Shown here: piece after piece, positions 11,130 to 22,170 of the stretch
Layout of the letters: each line of letters opens with the position of its first letter
Numbering within the stretch: the first letter of the stretch is position 1
Source: Parvularia atlantis
Lineage: Eukaryota
Reading direction: 5' to 3'
Length of the DNA: 41,266 nucleotides
Assembly: GCA_943704415.1 (NCBI GenBank)
Contig: CALSCO010000972.1
Coordinates: forward strand, 1-41,266
The notes under the pieces: model-generated
Database searches by the model: none
What the model was told of the DNA's origin: nothing
The model's input: only the letters and a program-made list of their open reading frames with translations
Program-made: the position numbers and the translations under genes

Positions 11130-13709
11130 ATGGCCCTCGTGGTCGTTCGCACGGGCGCGCTGGTCGCGCTGGGCGTGTACCTCGTGTTCTGCGTCGTCAC
11201 CAACAGCCTCGTGCTCGCGTACCGGCACACGCTCGTCGTGCGCGAGCGGCTGTACCAGCTGGTGCGGACGACGAGCGAGCGCGCACGGCCGGTCGCTGAC
11301 GTGCGCGGCGTGGCTCTGGCGCCCAGAACATGATCTCCTCGGTCGTGTCGGTGTGGGCGTTCGTCACGCTCGCGGTCGCGGACGCGGTCGACACGAGCAA
11401 CTTCAACTGCAAGGCGCTGCGCTGGCCCATTGGCGTCATCTTCATGCCGCTGTACCTCGGGGTGCGCTGCTCGGCTAAACCGTGGACGCGAACTCACACG
11501 CACGGCGCTCGCTCGCAGCCGCAGCTCGCGCGCGGGTTCAAGATGTACATGTCGTACAAGGTCGCAATGGAACAGATGCGCACCGAGGCCAACCCGCTGC
11601 TGTCGTGGAAGGACGTGTTCCTGCTGCGGTACAAGTGGCTCAACTCGATGCTGTTCGCCTACAGCCTGCCCGTGTTCCTCACCGTTGCCGGCATCATCGT
11701 CGCCGTGCTTATCCTCGTGTTCTGGACCGAGCAGACCTTCCGCCCGGACGAGAACGTGTACGGCGTGTGCCTCGGTCCGATGATCTACAACGTGGGCATC
11801 CAGGGCCTGTTCTTCATGATCGCGATCGTGGCCGTGGGCATCCTCGTGCTCGTGACGCGGTGCGCGGGCAGGGCGCGGCGCGGGCGGGCGGCGGTCTCAC
11901 GCGCGGCGCGCAGCACGTCGTTCCTAATTAAGGAAGAGTTTGCGTTCATCATGCTCGTCGTCGTGCCGCTCGTGCCCATGTGGATCGTCATGCAGTGCGT
12001 GCCCGCGCCCTTCCCCACATCGCAATGCGCGCCGCTCACGCACGCGCGCGCGGTGGCGGCGCAGGTACGCCAGCGGCGGCTCGTGGTTCGGCTTCCGCGA
12101 GGTGCACGTGCTGATGATGATCATGTACGGGCTGCAGGCGGCGACGACGGGCGTGCCGATCGTGCTCGTGCTCTGGCCGTCGCCCTCGAGCGACGGCATC
12201 GCGATCGGCGGGCGGCAGGTGTACGCGGACCAGGCGTCGCTGGCGTCGCTCTTCCGCAAGTGCCTATCGGTGCCGGAGCTGCGCGAGAGCTTCAAGAACT
12301 TTGTGGTCGAGTGCCTCTGCTCCGAGAACTTGATCTTCTACCTACGCGCGGTCGAGTACGAGCGCCTGCTGCCGCACAAGCGCAAGAGCGAGGCCGTGGC
12401 CATGCGCGAGATGTTCCTGATGAACAACTCGGCGTTCGAGATCAACATCGACTACATCACGCGCGAGACCATCCTGCGCCGGATCGAGGCCAGCGACGTG
12501 GACGAGACGCTCTATGCCGCGGCCAAGAAGGTCGTGCTGCAACAGCTCCTGCAGGACCCGTTCCAGCGCTGGCTGCGCTCGCCCGCCTTCCGCAGGACCT
12601 GGGCCATCGTCAGCCGCCACAACAGCGTCCAGACCTGGGCCAGCCACTGGATGCGCCGCGCGTCGATGGTCGAGCCGGGTCTGACGCGGCACATGTCGAG
12701 CTCGAGCACGTCGCTGGCGACGCTGGGCGAGGAGCTGGCCTCGACCGGCGTCATGCTCGACACGTTCGGCGGCGGGGCCCGCAAGCCCTCAGGCTCGTTC
12801 AACTCGACCTCGACCACGGGCACGGGCAGCGACAGCCACCACGACACGGCCTCGGTCACCTCCGTCCCGCCCTCGCCCTCCGAGTACACGGTTGGGCCGT
12901 CCGCGCATCGGCCGCCGTCGCTGGGCGGGCGCAAGCCGAGCCTGTCGACCATCCCTGAGTCGGACGACGACCTGAGCCGGCCGCCGCCGCCGCAGCGCGC
13001 GCGCCCCGCTGCGTCCGCGACCGCGAGCAGCGCCGCGCCCCGCCCGGGCACCCGCCCGCAGTCGCTCGTGCTCCCGCAGTACCCCGCCGCGCCGGTCTCG
13101 CCGGACGAGGCGGCCGCGGCCGCGCTGGCGTACGCGCAGGCGCACGGATCGACCATTGTCGAGCCGGCGGGGAGAGCGCGCGAGGGCCCGAGTGCGGGTG
13201 GCGTGGGCTCGCCGCCGCGCGCACGGCAACGCGACCCGGCGCACGGCCCACCCGACAGCGCGCGCTCAAGGGCCGAGAGCGACAACGAGGCGTACTGGCA
13301 GGCCGAGGCGTCGCGATCGCGCCAGAGCAGCGCACAGCCCCCCGAGCCGACCCGCGCGCGCACCGAGAGCGCGCAGACGTTCGACTCGTCGTCGCGCGCG
13401 CGCACGGACAGTGCGCAGGCGCCCGAGTCGACGCGATCGCGCGAGAGCAGCTCCGCGCCCGAGCCAGCGCTGAACTTTGTGGTCGAGGGCGTGCTTGAGC
13501 CCGAGCCGTCGCCGCTGCCGGCGCCGCGGTCGCTGCTGATCGAGACGCGCGGGAGCCGCTTCGACCTGCGGCGCGAGTCGTCCAAGGGCAGCGAGCTGTT
13601 CCGCTCGCCCACGGAGGAGCTTGAGGCGGCGCTGGCCGAGATCAACGTCGCGGTCGAGGAGGCCGACCGTGCGATCCTGATGCAGTACGACAACAGCCGC
13701 CTAATCTAA
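11130..13709 (+). CDS. 7TM-RGS protein (seven-TM domain fused to an RGS domain, long disordered tail)
   Basis: Seven hydrophobic segments after removing four introns, then an RGS box: LRESFKNFVVECLCSENLIFY...FLMNNSAFEINID...LYAAAKKVVLQQLLQDPFQRWLRS. The Ser/Pro/Arg-rich tail runs to TAA 13709. Confidence 0.9.
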
Positions 13710-13875
13710 GACGCGCGTCCGCGTTGCGTTCGGGTCTGGAAGGGAAGAGGGTCGTCATGGAGGGAGAAAAGGCAAGTTGGATGTGTAGCGCACGGTCATT
13801 CACGAAGACGAGCAGAGAGCAGGCTGTACATACGGCTTTACATGCGCGGCGCACGCACGCAGGCGGCGCGACCGC

Positions 13876-14157
13876 TCACTGGTTTTGCACGTCGCGCCGC
13901 GGGTCGAGGATGCGCCCCTCGCGCAGCTGCGCCAGCGCGAGCTGCCCCTCGTCAATGCCGCACGCGTGCGGGTTGCGGAACTCGCGCGCCAGCGCCTGCA
14001 CGCCCACCCACGCACGCCGTTCACACACACGTGCACACCGATGCGCGCGAGCACGCACCAGTTTGTACAGCTCGCGCTGGCCCAGGCGCGCGAACGTGAG
14101 CGGCAGCTGCCGCAGGAACGCGCGATAGAGGCGCGCGGCCTCCGACGTGGGTGGCAT
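13876..14157 (-). CDS. Small LYR-motif protein (probably mitochondrial)
   Basis: MPPTSEAARLYRAFLRQLP...ELYKL|ALAREFRN. LYR tripeptide plus the downstream F-R typical of LYRM proteins. One GT-AG intron. Confidence 0.6.
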   Translation of the reverse strand: MPPTSEAARLYRAFLRQLPLTFARLGQRELYKLVRARAHRCARVCERRAWVGVQALAREFRNPHACGIDEGQLALAQLREGRILDPRRDVQNQ

Positions 14158-14196
14158 GCGTGTGTCACGCTACTGCTCAAATCAGAAGTGGTGCAT

Positions 14197-15188
14197 ATGG
14201 ATCTGCGCGAGTACAACTTGCGCCTGGTGCGTTCTCGCGGCGGGGCGGGGCGGCGCGGGCGAGCGGCGGGAGTGCGCAGACGTGCACGGCCGTGGCGGGA
14301 TGAAGGACGAGGGCCGATGCGGACGCGCGGCGTGGCACGACATCGCGCTGCCGCGTCACGACCGTTGATTCGCGCTCGCACATCGCGCATCGCAGGACCT
14401 GCAGGCGTACATGGTCCCGGGCGTGCTCAAGGCGCTGCTGCACACGATCGTCTTCCTGCGCGCCGTGGGCAACGTGCAGCCGATCGACGAGACGCTCGAG
14501 TTCCTCGACGTGACCTACGTGCGCCGCGCGGCGTGGGCGCGACCTCCGTTTCCGGTGGGGCGCTGACGATGCGCGGCTCGCGCGGCAGGTGCGCTGCGAC
14601 GACAAGCAGGTCGAGCGCATGGTGGCGTCGCGGGTCGACGTGCTCACGCGCACGTTCCATCAGTCGGGCAGCCACAGCCATCGGGTGCGCGTGGCGCGCG
14701 ATCGCATGGGCACGCGTGGGCAGCGGCCGACGTGCGGCCCGCGCGCAGGCCGTGCTCAAGTTCAGCAAGCGCAACAGCGGCGGGATGATGTCGCGGCCGG
14801 TCGTGTTTGAGCAGTGGTTGATAACGCTCAATTTTCTCGCGTCGCCGACGAGGGGTGCGGGCGCGCGAGACGCGTGGCAGACGCGCGCTGACGCCAATGG
14901 CGACGCAGAGTCGGAGAAGCTGCAGGCCAAGCAGCGCGTCGAGGCGGACCTGCGCAACGCGCTCGTGTACGTGATGACGATGGCGATGCAGGACCGCGCG
15001 CACCTGCCCAACATCGACGACGGGCGACTGACGTGCGTGCTTCGGCCCGGGCGCTGCCGTGCATTGACGCCCGCCGTGCGCCCAGTGTCCCGTTTGACTT
15101 CTCGATCGAGGCGTCGTCTGACGCGCGCGGCGGCAGCGGGTGGGCGAGCACACTCTACAACGTCTTCTCGGCGCCGCCGGGCACGTGA
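14197..15188 (+). CDS. ATG101: Autophagy protein 101
   Basis: VLKALLHTIVFLRAVGNVQPIDETLEFLDVTYVRCDD...VFEQWLI...HLPNI. The HTI-F-R and TYVR motifs are typical of Atg101. Confidence 0.9.
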
Positions 15189-15342
15189 GCGCTTTTGACG
15201 CCGGGCGTGTGAGGCGACGGCTCGACCGCGCAACTGTACCACCATCTCTGCCTGCGCTGCATGTGTAGGATCCGAGCAGAGCCAAGGCCGGAAGAGCCAA
15301 GACGAGTCCGTCACGCTTCATCTCCGCCAGGCGAGACGCAGC

Positions 15343-16577
15343 ATGGCGGCGCTCGGTCGGCTGCTTGTCGCGGCGCGGCCGTCGGTGGCGCGGGCGGCGG
15401 CCGTGGCGGCCGTGGCGGCGACGGCGCCCGCGCGGGGCCTCGCGTACGTCGAGAAGATGAAGAAGTACCGCCCGACGAGCCCGGGCTTCCGCTGGCGCAA
15501 GATCGTGGACCGGTCGCACCTGTGGAAGGCACGTTGGTCTCGCGCGCGTGGAGGAGCAGAAGCAGCAGCGGCCGCTGAGGCGGTGTGACGCGCAGGGCGA
15601 GCCGTTCCTGCCGCTGACCGAGGGGCTGCGCAAGAAGGGCGGGCGCAACCACCACGGGCGCATCTGCGTGCGTGGGCGGCCGATGTGCTCGGCGCCGTGA
15701 TATCAGTCAGGCTGATGTCGCGGCGACATCGGCGGGCAGGTCTTCACCAAGGGCGGCGGGCACAAGCGGCGCTACCGCCTCGTCGACTTCAAGCGCGCGG
15801 GCGAGGTCACGTGCGACGTGCAGCGGCTCGAGTATGACCCGAACCGCTCGGCGTGGATCGCTCTCGTCAAGGATCGCGCCTCGGGCGAGTACAGCTACAT
15901 CCTGGCCCCGCGCGGCATTGACAAGGGCGACGTGCTCGTGGCCGGCGAGAACGCCGACATCAAGGTGGCGTGCCGCTCTGATGGCTCGGCCGCGCTGATG
16001 GGGCCCTCGGCGCAGCCCGGGAACGCCCTCCCACTCAAGAACATCCCTGTAGGCACGCTCGTGCACAACATCGAGCTGCGCCCGGGCCACGGCGGCAAGC
16101 TCGCGCGCTCGGCCGGCGCGTCGGCGCAGATCATGAAGGCGCGTCCTGCCTCGTCCGTTGGCCCTCCGCTGACTGCGCTCTGTGCAGACCGACTCGACCG
16201 GCTACGCGCAGCTGCGCATGGGCTCGCAGGAGGTCCGCCTCGTGCCGGTGCAGTGCCGCGCGACGATCGGGACGGTGTGCAACCCGCTGCACAAGAACAC
16301 GTACGAGGGCAAGGCCGGCGCGTCGCGGTGGCGCGGGCGGCGGCCGAGCGTGCGCGGCGTGGCCATGAACCCGGTCGACCACCCGCACGGTGGCGGCCAG
16401 GGCAAGACGTCTGGCGGTGCGTACAAGGGGGGTGCGGCGTGCCGTGGGCTCACAAGCGCCCGCGCGTGAACAGGCCGGCCGTCGTCCTCGCCCTGGGGCA
16501 TCTACACGAAGGGCGTGCGCACGCGCAAGAACAAGTTCACCGACCGCTTCCGCGTGCAGCGGCGCAAGGTGCCTTGA
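15343..16577 (+). CDS. MRPL2: Mitochondrial ribosomal protein uL2m
   Basis: Presequence, [69 protein letters not shown]. Two GC-AG introns. Confidence 0.96.
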
Positions 16578-16615
16578 GAGGGGAGGGCGCTGTACACACA
16601 CAGACGCACGGCACG

Positions 16616-17625
16616 CTATGATGGCCCGCGCGGCTTGACAAACACGACGTAGCGGCGCGCGTTGACGATGTAGTCCATGCCCGAGGCGACCGTTGTGGCT
16701 GCTCTCGGCGTGCGCGGGCGAGTGGGTGCAAGCACGCGCAGGCAGGAGCAGGGGCCGCGCGCACCGATCACGAGCGACTCGAGCCCGCGCAGCGCCAGGT
16801 GGCCCTCGAAGCCGAAGACACGCGCGGCGAGCACGCTGGCCAGCAGCGTCAGCTGCAGCGCCGTGTTCCACTTGGAAAGGTTGGACGGCCGCAGGTCGAC
16901 CGAGGGCAGCTTGATGTCAAAGTACCTGTGCACGTGCGCTTGAGTGTGAGCGTGCGGGGACTGAGCACGGTGTGGCACCTGCTCAGCGTCTTGGGCGGCG
17001 GCAGTGACGCGTAACGCAGATAGAAGCCGGCGACGATCATCCCGGCGTCGCGCGTGACGATGAGCAGCGCGACGGGCGGCGACAGGAGGCCTAGGGGGAG
17101 CGTGCCACGCATGAGAGGAGCGAGGCGACAGGGAGGCGCCGCACCGGCTGCCCAGGTGCTCAGCGTGAGCGTGGTCATCAGCAGCTTGTCGGCGAAGGGG
17201 TCGAGCGCGGCGCCGAAGACGGTGCGCTGGTCCCAGGTGCGCGCGATCCAGCCGTCCTGGTGCGCGCGTCAGCAGCGGCAGCACACGCACCCACGCGCAC
17301 GCACGAGCAAGTCGGTCACGCCTGCGGCCACAAACAGCCCGAGCGCGGCCGAGTAGTGCCCGTCGACGACGAGGAAGCCGAGCACGGGCGTGGCGCAGAT
17401 GCGCGAGAGCGAGAGCAGGTTGGGCAGGTTGAGCACGCGCTCGCGCCGCTGTGGCCTCTGCGGCTGCTCCTGCTGCTGCAGCTGATCGTGTTTCGGCTGC
17501 TGCACCGGCTGCTGCTGCTGCTGACGTGGATCCGGCACGCTCGCCACACGCCGCACGAGCGACGGCGCGCCTCGCAGCGGCAGCCGGAGCCGCGGCAGCG
17601 CCGGCACCGTCCTGAGCGCAAACAT
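16616..17625 (-). CDS. CRLS1: Cardiolipin synthase (CDP-alcohol phosphatidyltransferase type)
   Basis: Presequence, [21 protein letters not shown]...[13 protein letters not shown] (CDP-OH motif), [31 protein letters not shown]. Confidence 0.92.
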
Positions 17626-17649
17626 CGACCCAACTTTTCAGCGTCCGAA

Positions 17650-18560
17650 ATGACATCGGCACCCGGCGCGACCGTCGTGTGGCTGCTCACGACGCGCAAC
17701 ACGGAGATGAAGGACGCCGACGTGGGCACGGTGATCAACGAGCGGCTGCAGGTGCTCGACGCCGCGCTCGTGCAGCGCTGCTCGGCCCAGATCCGGCTCT
17801 ACAAGGCGCGCACACCGTCGTACGGCGCTCGCATCCGTCCCTGCTGACGCCGCGGCACGCACGATGCGCGCGACGCCCAGGAGCCGCAGCAGCGCGGCGG
17901 CGCCCCGCCCAAGTCGCTGTACCTGGCCACGACGTCGCGCGTGCCCAACCGCAGCTTCTGCGTGATCAACGACAGCTGCGTCGAGGGCTCGGGCGACCTC
18001 GAGCTGATCGTCGGCAAGCTGCGCACGATGTACGCGCTGCGGCAGACGATCTCGCTCGCGGTGCGGCGCGCGTGTGGGCGCAGGCGCGGGTGCGCGTGCG
18101 CGTGCGGGGCGGCTGATGCGGACGCGCGCGGGTGCGAAGGGACACGAGTACCTCCTGGGCGACTTTAGCGTGCGGCTTGGCAGCATCGGCGCGTCAACGG
18201 TCACGGCACGGCGCGGCGTGATGCTCGAGGTGCGGGCGGCTGAGTACATCGCGCGCGCGGGAGGCCAAGGCTGACGTGAAGGGGACGCAGATCGAGTACA
18301 AGCCGCTCACGAGCCTCGCCGTGGCCCTGCCCGTGATCAACGACCTGCTGCAGGCGATCGTGCCCGAGGGCGTGCACGCGGCCACGCAGCACATGGCCGA
18401 CCCCGTGCGGGTGCGGACGCCCGCTGGACCGCTGTCGTTTGCGCGTGCTCAACCGGACGACTCGCAGGCACTGGGCGCGTATCGGCTCGGGCCAGCGTAC
18501 TCGCACATGCACACGGTCTGCCAGTACCTCCTCGCGCTGCAGGCCGAGGAGTTTCTATAG
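17650..18560 (+). CDS. MED20: Mediator subunit 20-like
   Basis: LIVGKLRTMYALRQTISLAGHEYLLGDFSVRLG...GVMLEIEYKP...YSHMHTVCQY. The GxxYxxGDFxVRxG and EIEYxP pattern matches Med20. Confidence 0.8.
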
Positions 18561-18809
18561 TGCGCGGGACGCCAGAAGACGCGCAAGGCGCAACCGCCGC
18601 CTGTGTACAGGAGCCGTTGCGCATCAAGCAGCAGCCGCAGCCCCTACAGCTCGGTCACGCAATCATCACGTGACCGCCTCGTGGCCCCAACTTCCGTCGT
18701 GCTGCGCCTTCGCCTTCCCTTTGCAGCAGCGGCCCCCCCACCGCACGCACGCGCACTGACGCGCAGATCGCTCCCTCCCCTCCCCCGGTCCGCGCCGCGC
18801 GCAGAGAGG

Positions 18810-19700
18810 ATGCAGTACTTCCCGCAGTACGACTGGCTCGTCTCGTACGAGGTCATGGGCGCGGCCGCGCTCGGCTACCTGCTGAGCATCGTCGTGCTGC
18901 GCGCGGTGACGGAGCACTTTGACAAGCTCGACCCGAAGCGGTTCATGCAGCTGTACAACACGGCGCAGGTCGCGCTGTGCGCGTACATGGTCGTCGGCTT
19001 CGCCCAGGCCCAGTTTGCGCTCACGAACCCGTACGGGATCAACCACGCGTTCAACGCGGCGACCGAGTGGTTCATGCTTGTGCACTACCTGTCCAAGTAC
19101 CTCGACTTCTTCGACACGTGGATCATGATCGTCAAGAAGAGCGAGCGCCAGCTCAACTTCCTGCACGTGTACCACCACACGTCGATCCTGCTCATCTGGG
19201 GCTTCCTGCTGCACCTGGGCCAGGGCAACGGCACGGCGTACTTTGGCGCGTTCATCAACTCGGTCATCCACCTGATCATGTACTCGCACTACCTCTGGAC
19301 CTCGTTCGGCTACACGAACCCGTTCAAGATGGTCGTCACGCTCGCCCAGCTCGCCCAGTTTTGGATCTGCATTGGGCACTCGCTCATGGCCGTGATCTAC
19401 GAGCGCGTGCTCATGCCCGAGCTGGCGTACCTGCAGTTTGCGTACCACATCACCATGATCGTCCTGTTCAACGACTTCTTCTCCAAGACGTACAAGAAGG
19501 GCGACAAGCGCGACAAAGGCGAGAAGGGCGAGAGGGGCGAGAAGGGCGCGAACGGCGTGGGCGCGAACGGCGTGGGCAAGAAGCACGACAGCGCGAACGG
19601 CGACGGCAGCACGGGCTTGAGCACGGGCATCAGCGCGCACACGCACAGCAACGGCGTGCACCACCGCGACGCGGCCGGGCGCGCGCGGCGCGACCAGTGA
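18810..19700 (+). CDS. ELO/GNS1 fatty acid elongase (PUFA-elongase type), intronless CDS
   Basis: SKYLDFFDT, LNFLHVYHH histidine box, NSVIHLIMYSHY, TLAQLAQF. 891 bp uninterrupted. Confidence 0.95.
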   Translation: MQYFPQYDWLVSYEVMGAAALGYLLSIVVLRAVTEHFDKLDPKRFMQLYNTAQVALCAYMVVGFAQAQFALTNPYGINHAFNAATEWFMLVHYLSKYLDFFDTWIMIVKKSERQLNFLHVYHHTSILLIWGFLLHLGQGNGTAYFGAFINSVIHLIMYSHYLWTSFGYTNPFKMVVTLAQLAQFWICIGHSLMAVIYERVLMPELAYLQFAYHITMIVLFNDFFSKTYKKGDKRDKGEKGERGEKGANGVGANGVGKKHDSANGDGSTGLSTGISAHTHSNGVHHRDAAGRARRDQ

Positions 19701-19785
19701 AGCGCTCTGTGTGCCGTTCCCTGTGTGCGTGTTCAGCCCATCGATGGACATCTGCGTCGCACGCATATCCACGCAGCCGACAGCC

Positions 19786-20287
19786 ATGGCGTCGTACCTG
19801 AGGGGCATCGTCGGTGCGCCGTCTGTCTCTCTCTCGCGCGCGGCCGCCGCCTGCCTCACGCCGCGCCGCCGCCAGCCCCGCTCAAGCCCGCGCTGTACTA
19901 CGCGCGCGTCGGCTGGGAGGTGACCAAGAGCGTGTGGGCCAAGGAGAAGCTCGGTCCGCCCTCGACCGCCGACTGGCCCGCGGCGCAGCGGCAGCTGCAG
20001 CAGGCGCGCGCACAGGACAGGACGGGGACGCGCGGGGACGCTGACGGCGGCGGCGCGCAGATGCTCGGCAACATGAAGCTGTCGTACCTGCTCAACTTGA
20101 GCGTGAAGGACGCGATCAGCAAGAGCCTCGTCGGCTTCCAGGTGCGGCACATGGCGCCTGCCTTCTCCTGGCTGACTTGGTCGCAAAGATCTTCACCTTC
20201 TTCATCGTCGGCGAGATGATCGGCCGCCGCAGCATCATCGGCTATAAGCTTAAGGTGCAGGCGCCGCCGGCCGCCGGCCACCACTAG
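19786..20287 (+). CDS. ATP5MG: Mitochondrial ATP synthase subunit g
   Basis: LYYARVGWEVTKSVWAKEKLGPPS...VGFQIFTFFIVGEMIGRRSIIGY, carrying the conserved FxVGEMIGRRxxxGY motif. Confidence 0.93.
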
Positions 20288-20405
20288 AAGAGACGCATGT
20301 GGACGGACGACCGCGGATGAATGGGGGGAAAGCGTCAACACGAGACACACGGCACGTATGGGGGGAGAAAAGAAGGTCGCGCGCGCGCGGAGGACAACGA
20401 AGCAA

Positions 20406-22045
20406 CTAGGAGCGCAGCGCGCGCGGGCGCTTGTGGCTCAGCATCGGCGACGCGGGCACGGTTAGCGCCTTGGTCGACGGTCGGTACAGGGGGCCCTGCC
20501 CGATCACGCGCGCACGTGAGCGGGGGCCGGGAGGAGCAGGCGGCGACGTCGCGCACACACCTCGAGCAGGAACGTCGGCATCGGCTTGGCCTTGTGCACC
20601 AGGCGCTGCCGCATGGCCTCGACGTCGCGCTTCTCCTGCTCCTGTGGCGCGCGCGCGGGGTGCGTCAGCGGGGTGTGCGATGATCAGGAGCGACGACGCA
20701 CTGCGCGCATCGCCTCGAGCTTTTTCCGCTGCGCCTCTTCCTCCATCTCGCGCCGCTTCTGTGCCGCGTCAAATTTCGCCCGCTCCCTGCGCGTCACCAG
20801 TCAGCGGTGCACGCACGCGCATGCGGGGCGCCGCGCACTTGCTCCGGAAGTCCGAGTGCAGCTTGACGTTGGGGTCGATCGTCGTCAGCGGCTTGTTGGA
20901 CCGCGCGGGCTCAAACGGTGGCTTGTACAGAACGTCGGCCGGGCGCGCGTGGAAGCCCTCGGTGCGTAGCCTGCGCGAGGCTGAGCCTTTGCAAGTGGAC
21001 GCACGTGTCGAGCACCTCTTTGCGCGCTCCTCCTCCTGCAGCTTCGCCTCGAGCGCGGCCCTGTGCAGCGCGCCGCGCTCGTCCGTCGCGAGCGCAAACG
21101 GCTCGGGCTCGGTCACGCGCTTGCGTGGCGCCTGCTGTGCCATCGGCGTCTGCGCCGTCGTGAGCGTCTGCTCGGTGCTCAGCGGTGGGCGCGGCCGCAC
21201 CTCGTCGGCAAACAGGTCGTCGTTGCGGTGCTTGTCGGTATGCGGCGGCGGCTTTGGCGCCTCGTCCCCGCTGTCGCCCTGGTGGCGAGCGGCGAGGCGG
21301 TGGTCCGTGGCGAACTTGAACGGCTGCGCGCGAGGACGTCACTTGACGCGCCATGAGCGTGTGCGCCAGAGAACGCACCTGCGGCTCGGTCAAGCTGTGC
21401 TTCTGCACGCGCGGCACACCCATGTCGCCCGAGCTCTCAAAGATCTGCACAAACGCGCATGCACAAGCTCAGCCCACGGCCACGGCGCGAGTACGGGCCG
21501 TGCACACACCCGCCGGTCCAGCGGCAACGCCTTGAACTTGGGCATGCTCTGGAGCTCCTGCAGCTCGCGCTCCTCGGCCGTGGCCACGGCCGTCTTCGGC
21601 CTGCGTGCGCTCACGTGAAGGACGGCACGACAGCGGATGTGCACGGCAGCGCACTTCAGCTGCGCGCGCACGCGCGTCATGAGCCGCGGCGACTTGGGCA
21701 CGGTCAGCGGGCGCGGCTCGCCGTCGCACGCGGCGTGGTCGACCTCGTCAAACTTGCGCTTCGGCGCCGCGGCCGCCATCGCGTACACGGGCGCGTGCCG
21801 CTGGCTCAGCCGCATCGACCGGCGCGGCTTGCGGACCTCGAGCGCGTCGTACGGCCGCACCTCGCCGGGCGCGACCGTCTCGCGCCGCGTGTCTGCCCTC
21901 AGCGTGAGCGACGCAGCGAGCACAACGAGCCGCGGCGCGCACCGAACCACACGTCGGCCGCAGGGTCAAGCTCCGCGCCCACGCCCGCAAAGTCGTGGTA
22001 GTGCGGCGCCGCGTACTCGAACCGCGCGTCGTCCGGCCCGCTCAT
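20406..22045 (-). CDS. TPX2: TPX2 spindle assembly factor
   Basis: N-terminal Aurora-A-binding-like FEYAAPHYHDF...DVWF; LTVPKSPRLMTRVR; FKALPLDRRIF; TEPEPFALATDERG; FHARP; RQRLVHKAKPMP; C-terminal KALTVPASPMLS. Confidence 0.88.
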
Positions 22046-22140
22046 CTCAAGCGCGCGAGATTCAAAAATATAACGGTCCGTGCCCCTCAACATTCACTGT
22101 CACACTTTCGACGTTCGAACGCCGATCTGCGGCACCGCCG

Positions 22141-22170
22141 ATCATTGGCGATCATTGGCGATCATTGGCG
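22141..22170. repeat. 3x 10-bp tandem repeat ATCATTGGCG (CCAAT on the minus strand)
   Basis: Three exact copies immediately before ATG 22171. Confidence 0.9.

Noticed and set aside
10084..18560. Two Mediator subunits (MED31, MED20) within 8.5 kb
   Set aside because: They are separated by five unrelated genes, so chance is plausible at this gene density without synteny data.
18666..20186. 506-aa minus-strand ORF, and similar long antisense or off-frame ORFs (e.g. 12512-13693, 29848-31137, 37605-38681)
   Set aside because: These are shadows of real genes. High GC and GC3 bias deplete stop codons, and they show no recognisable motifs.
22141..22170. Tandem repeat as a CRISPR-like array
   Set aside because: The units are 10 bp with no spacers, the context is eukaryotic, and there are no cas genes.
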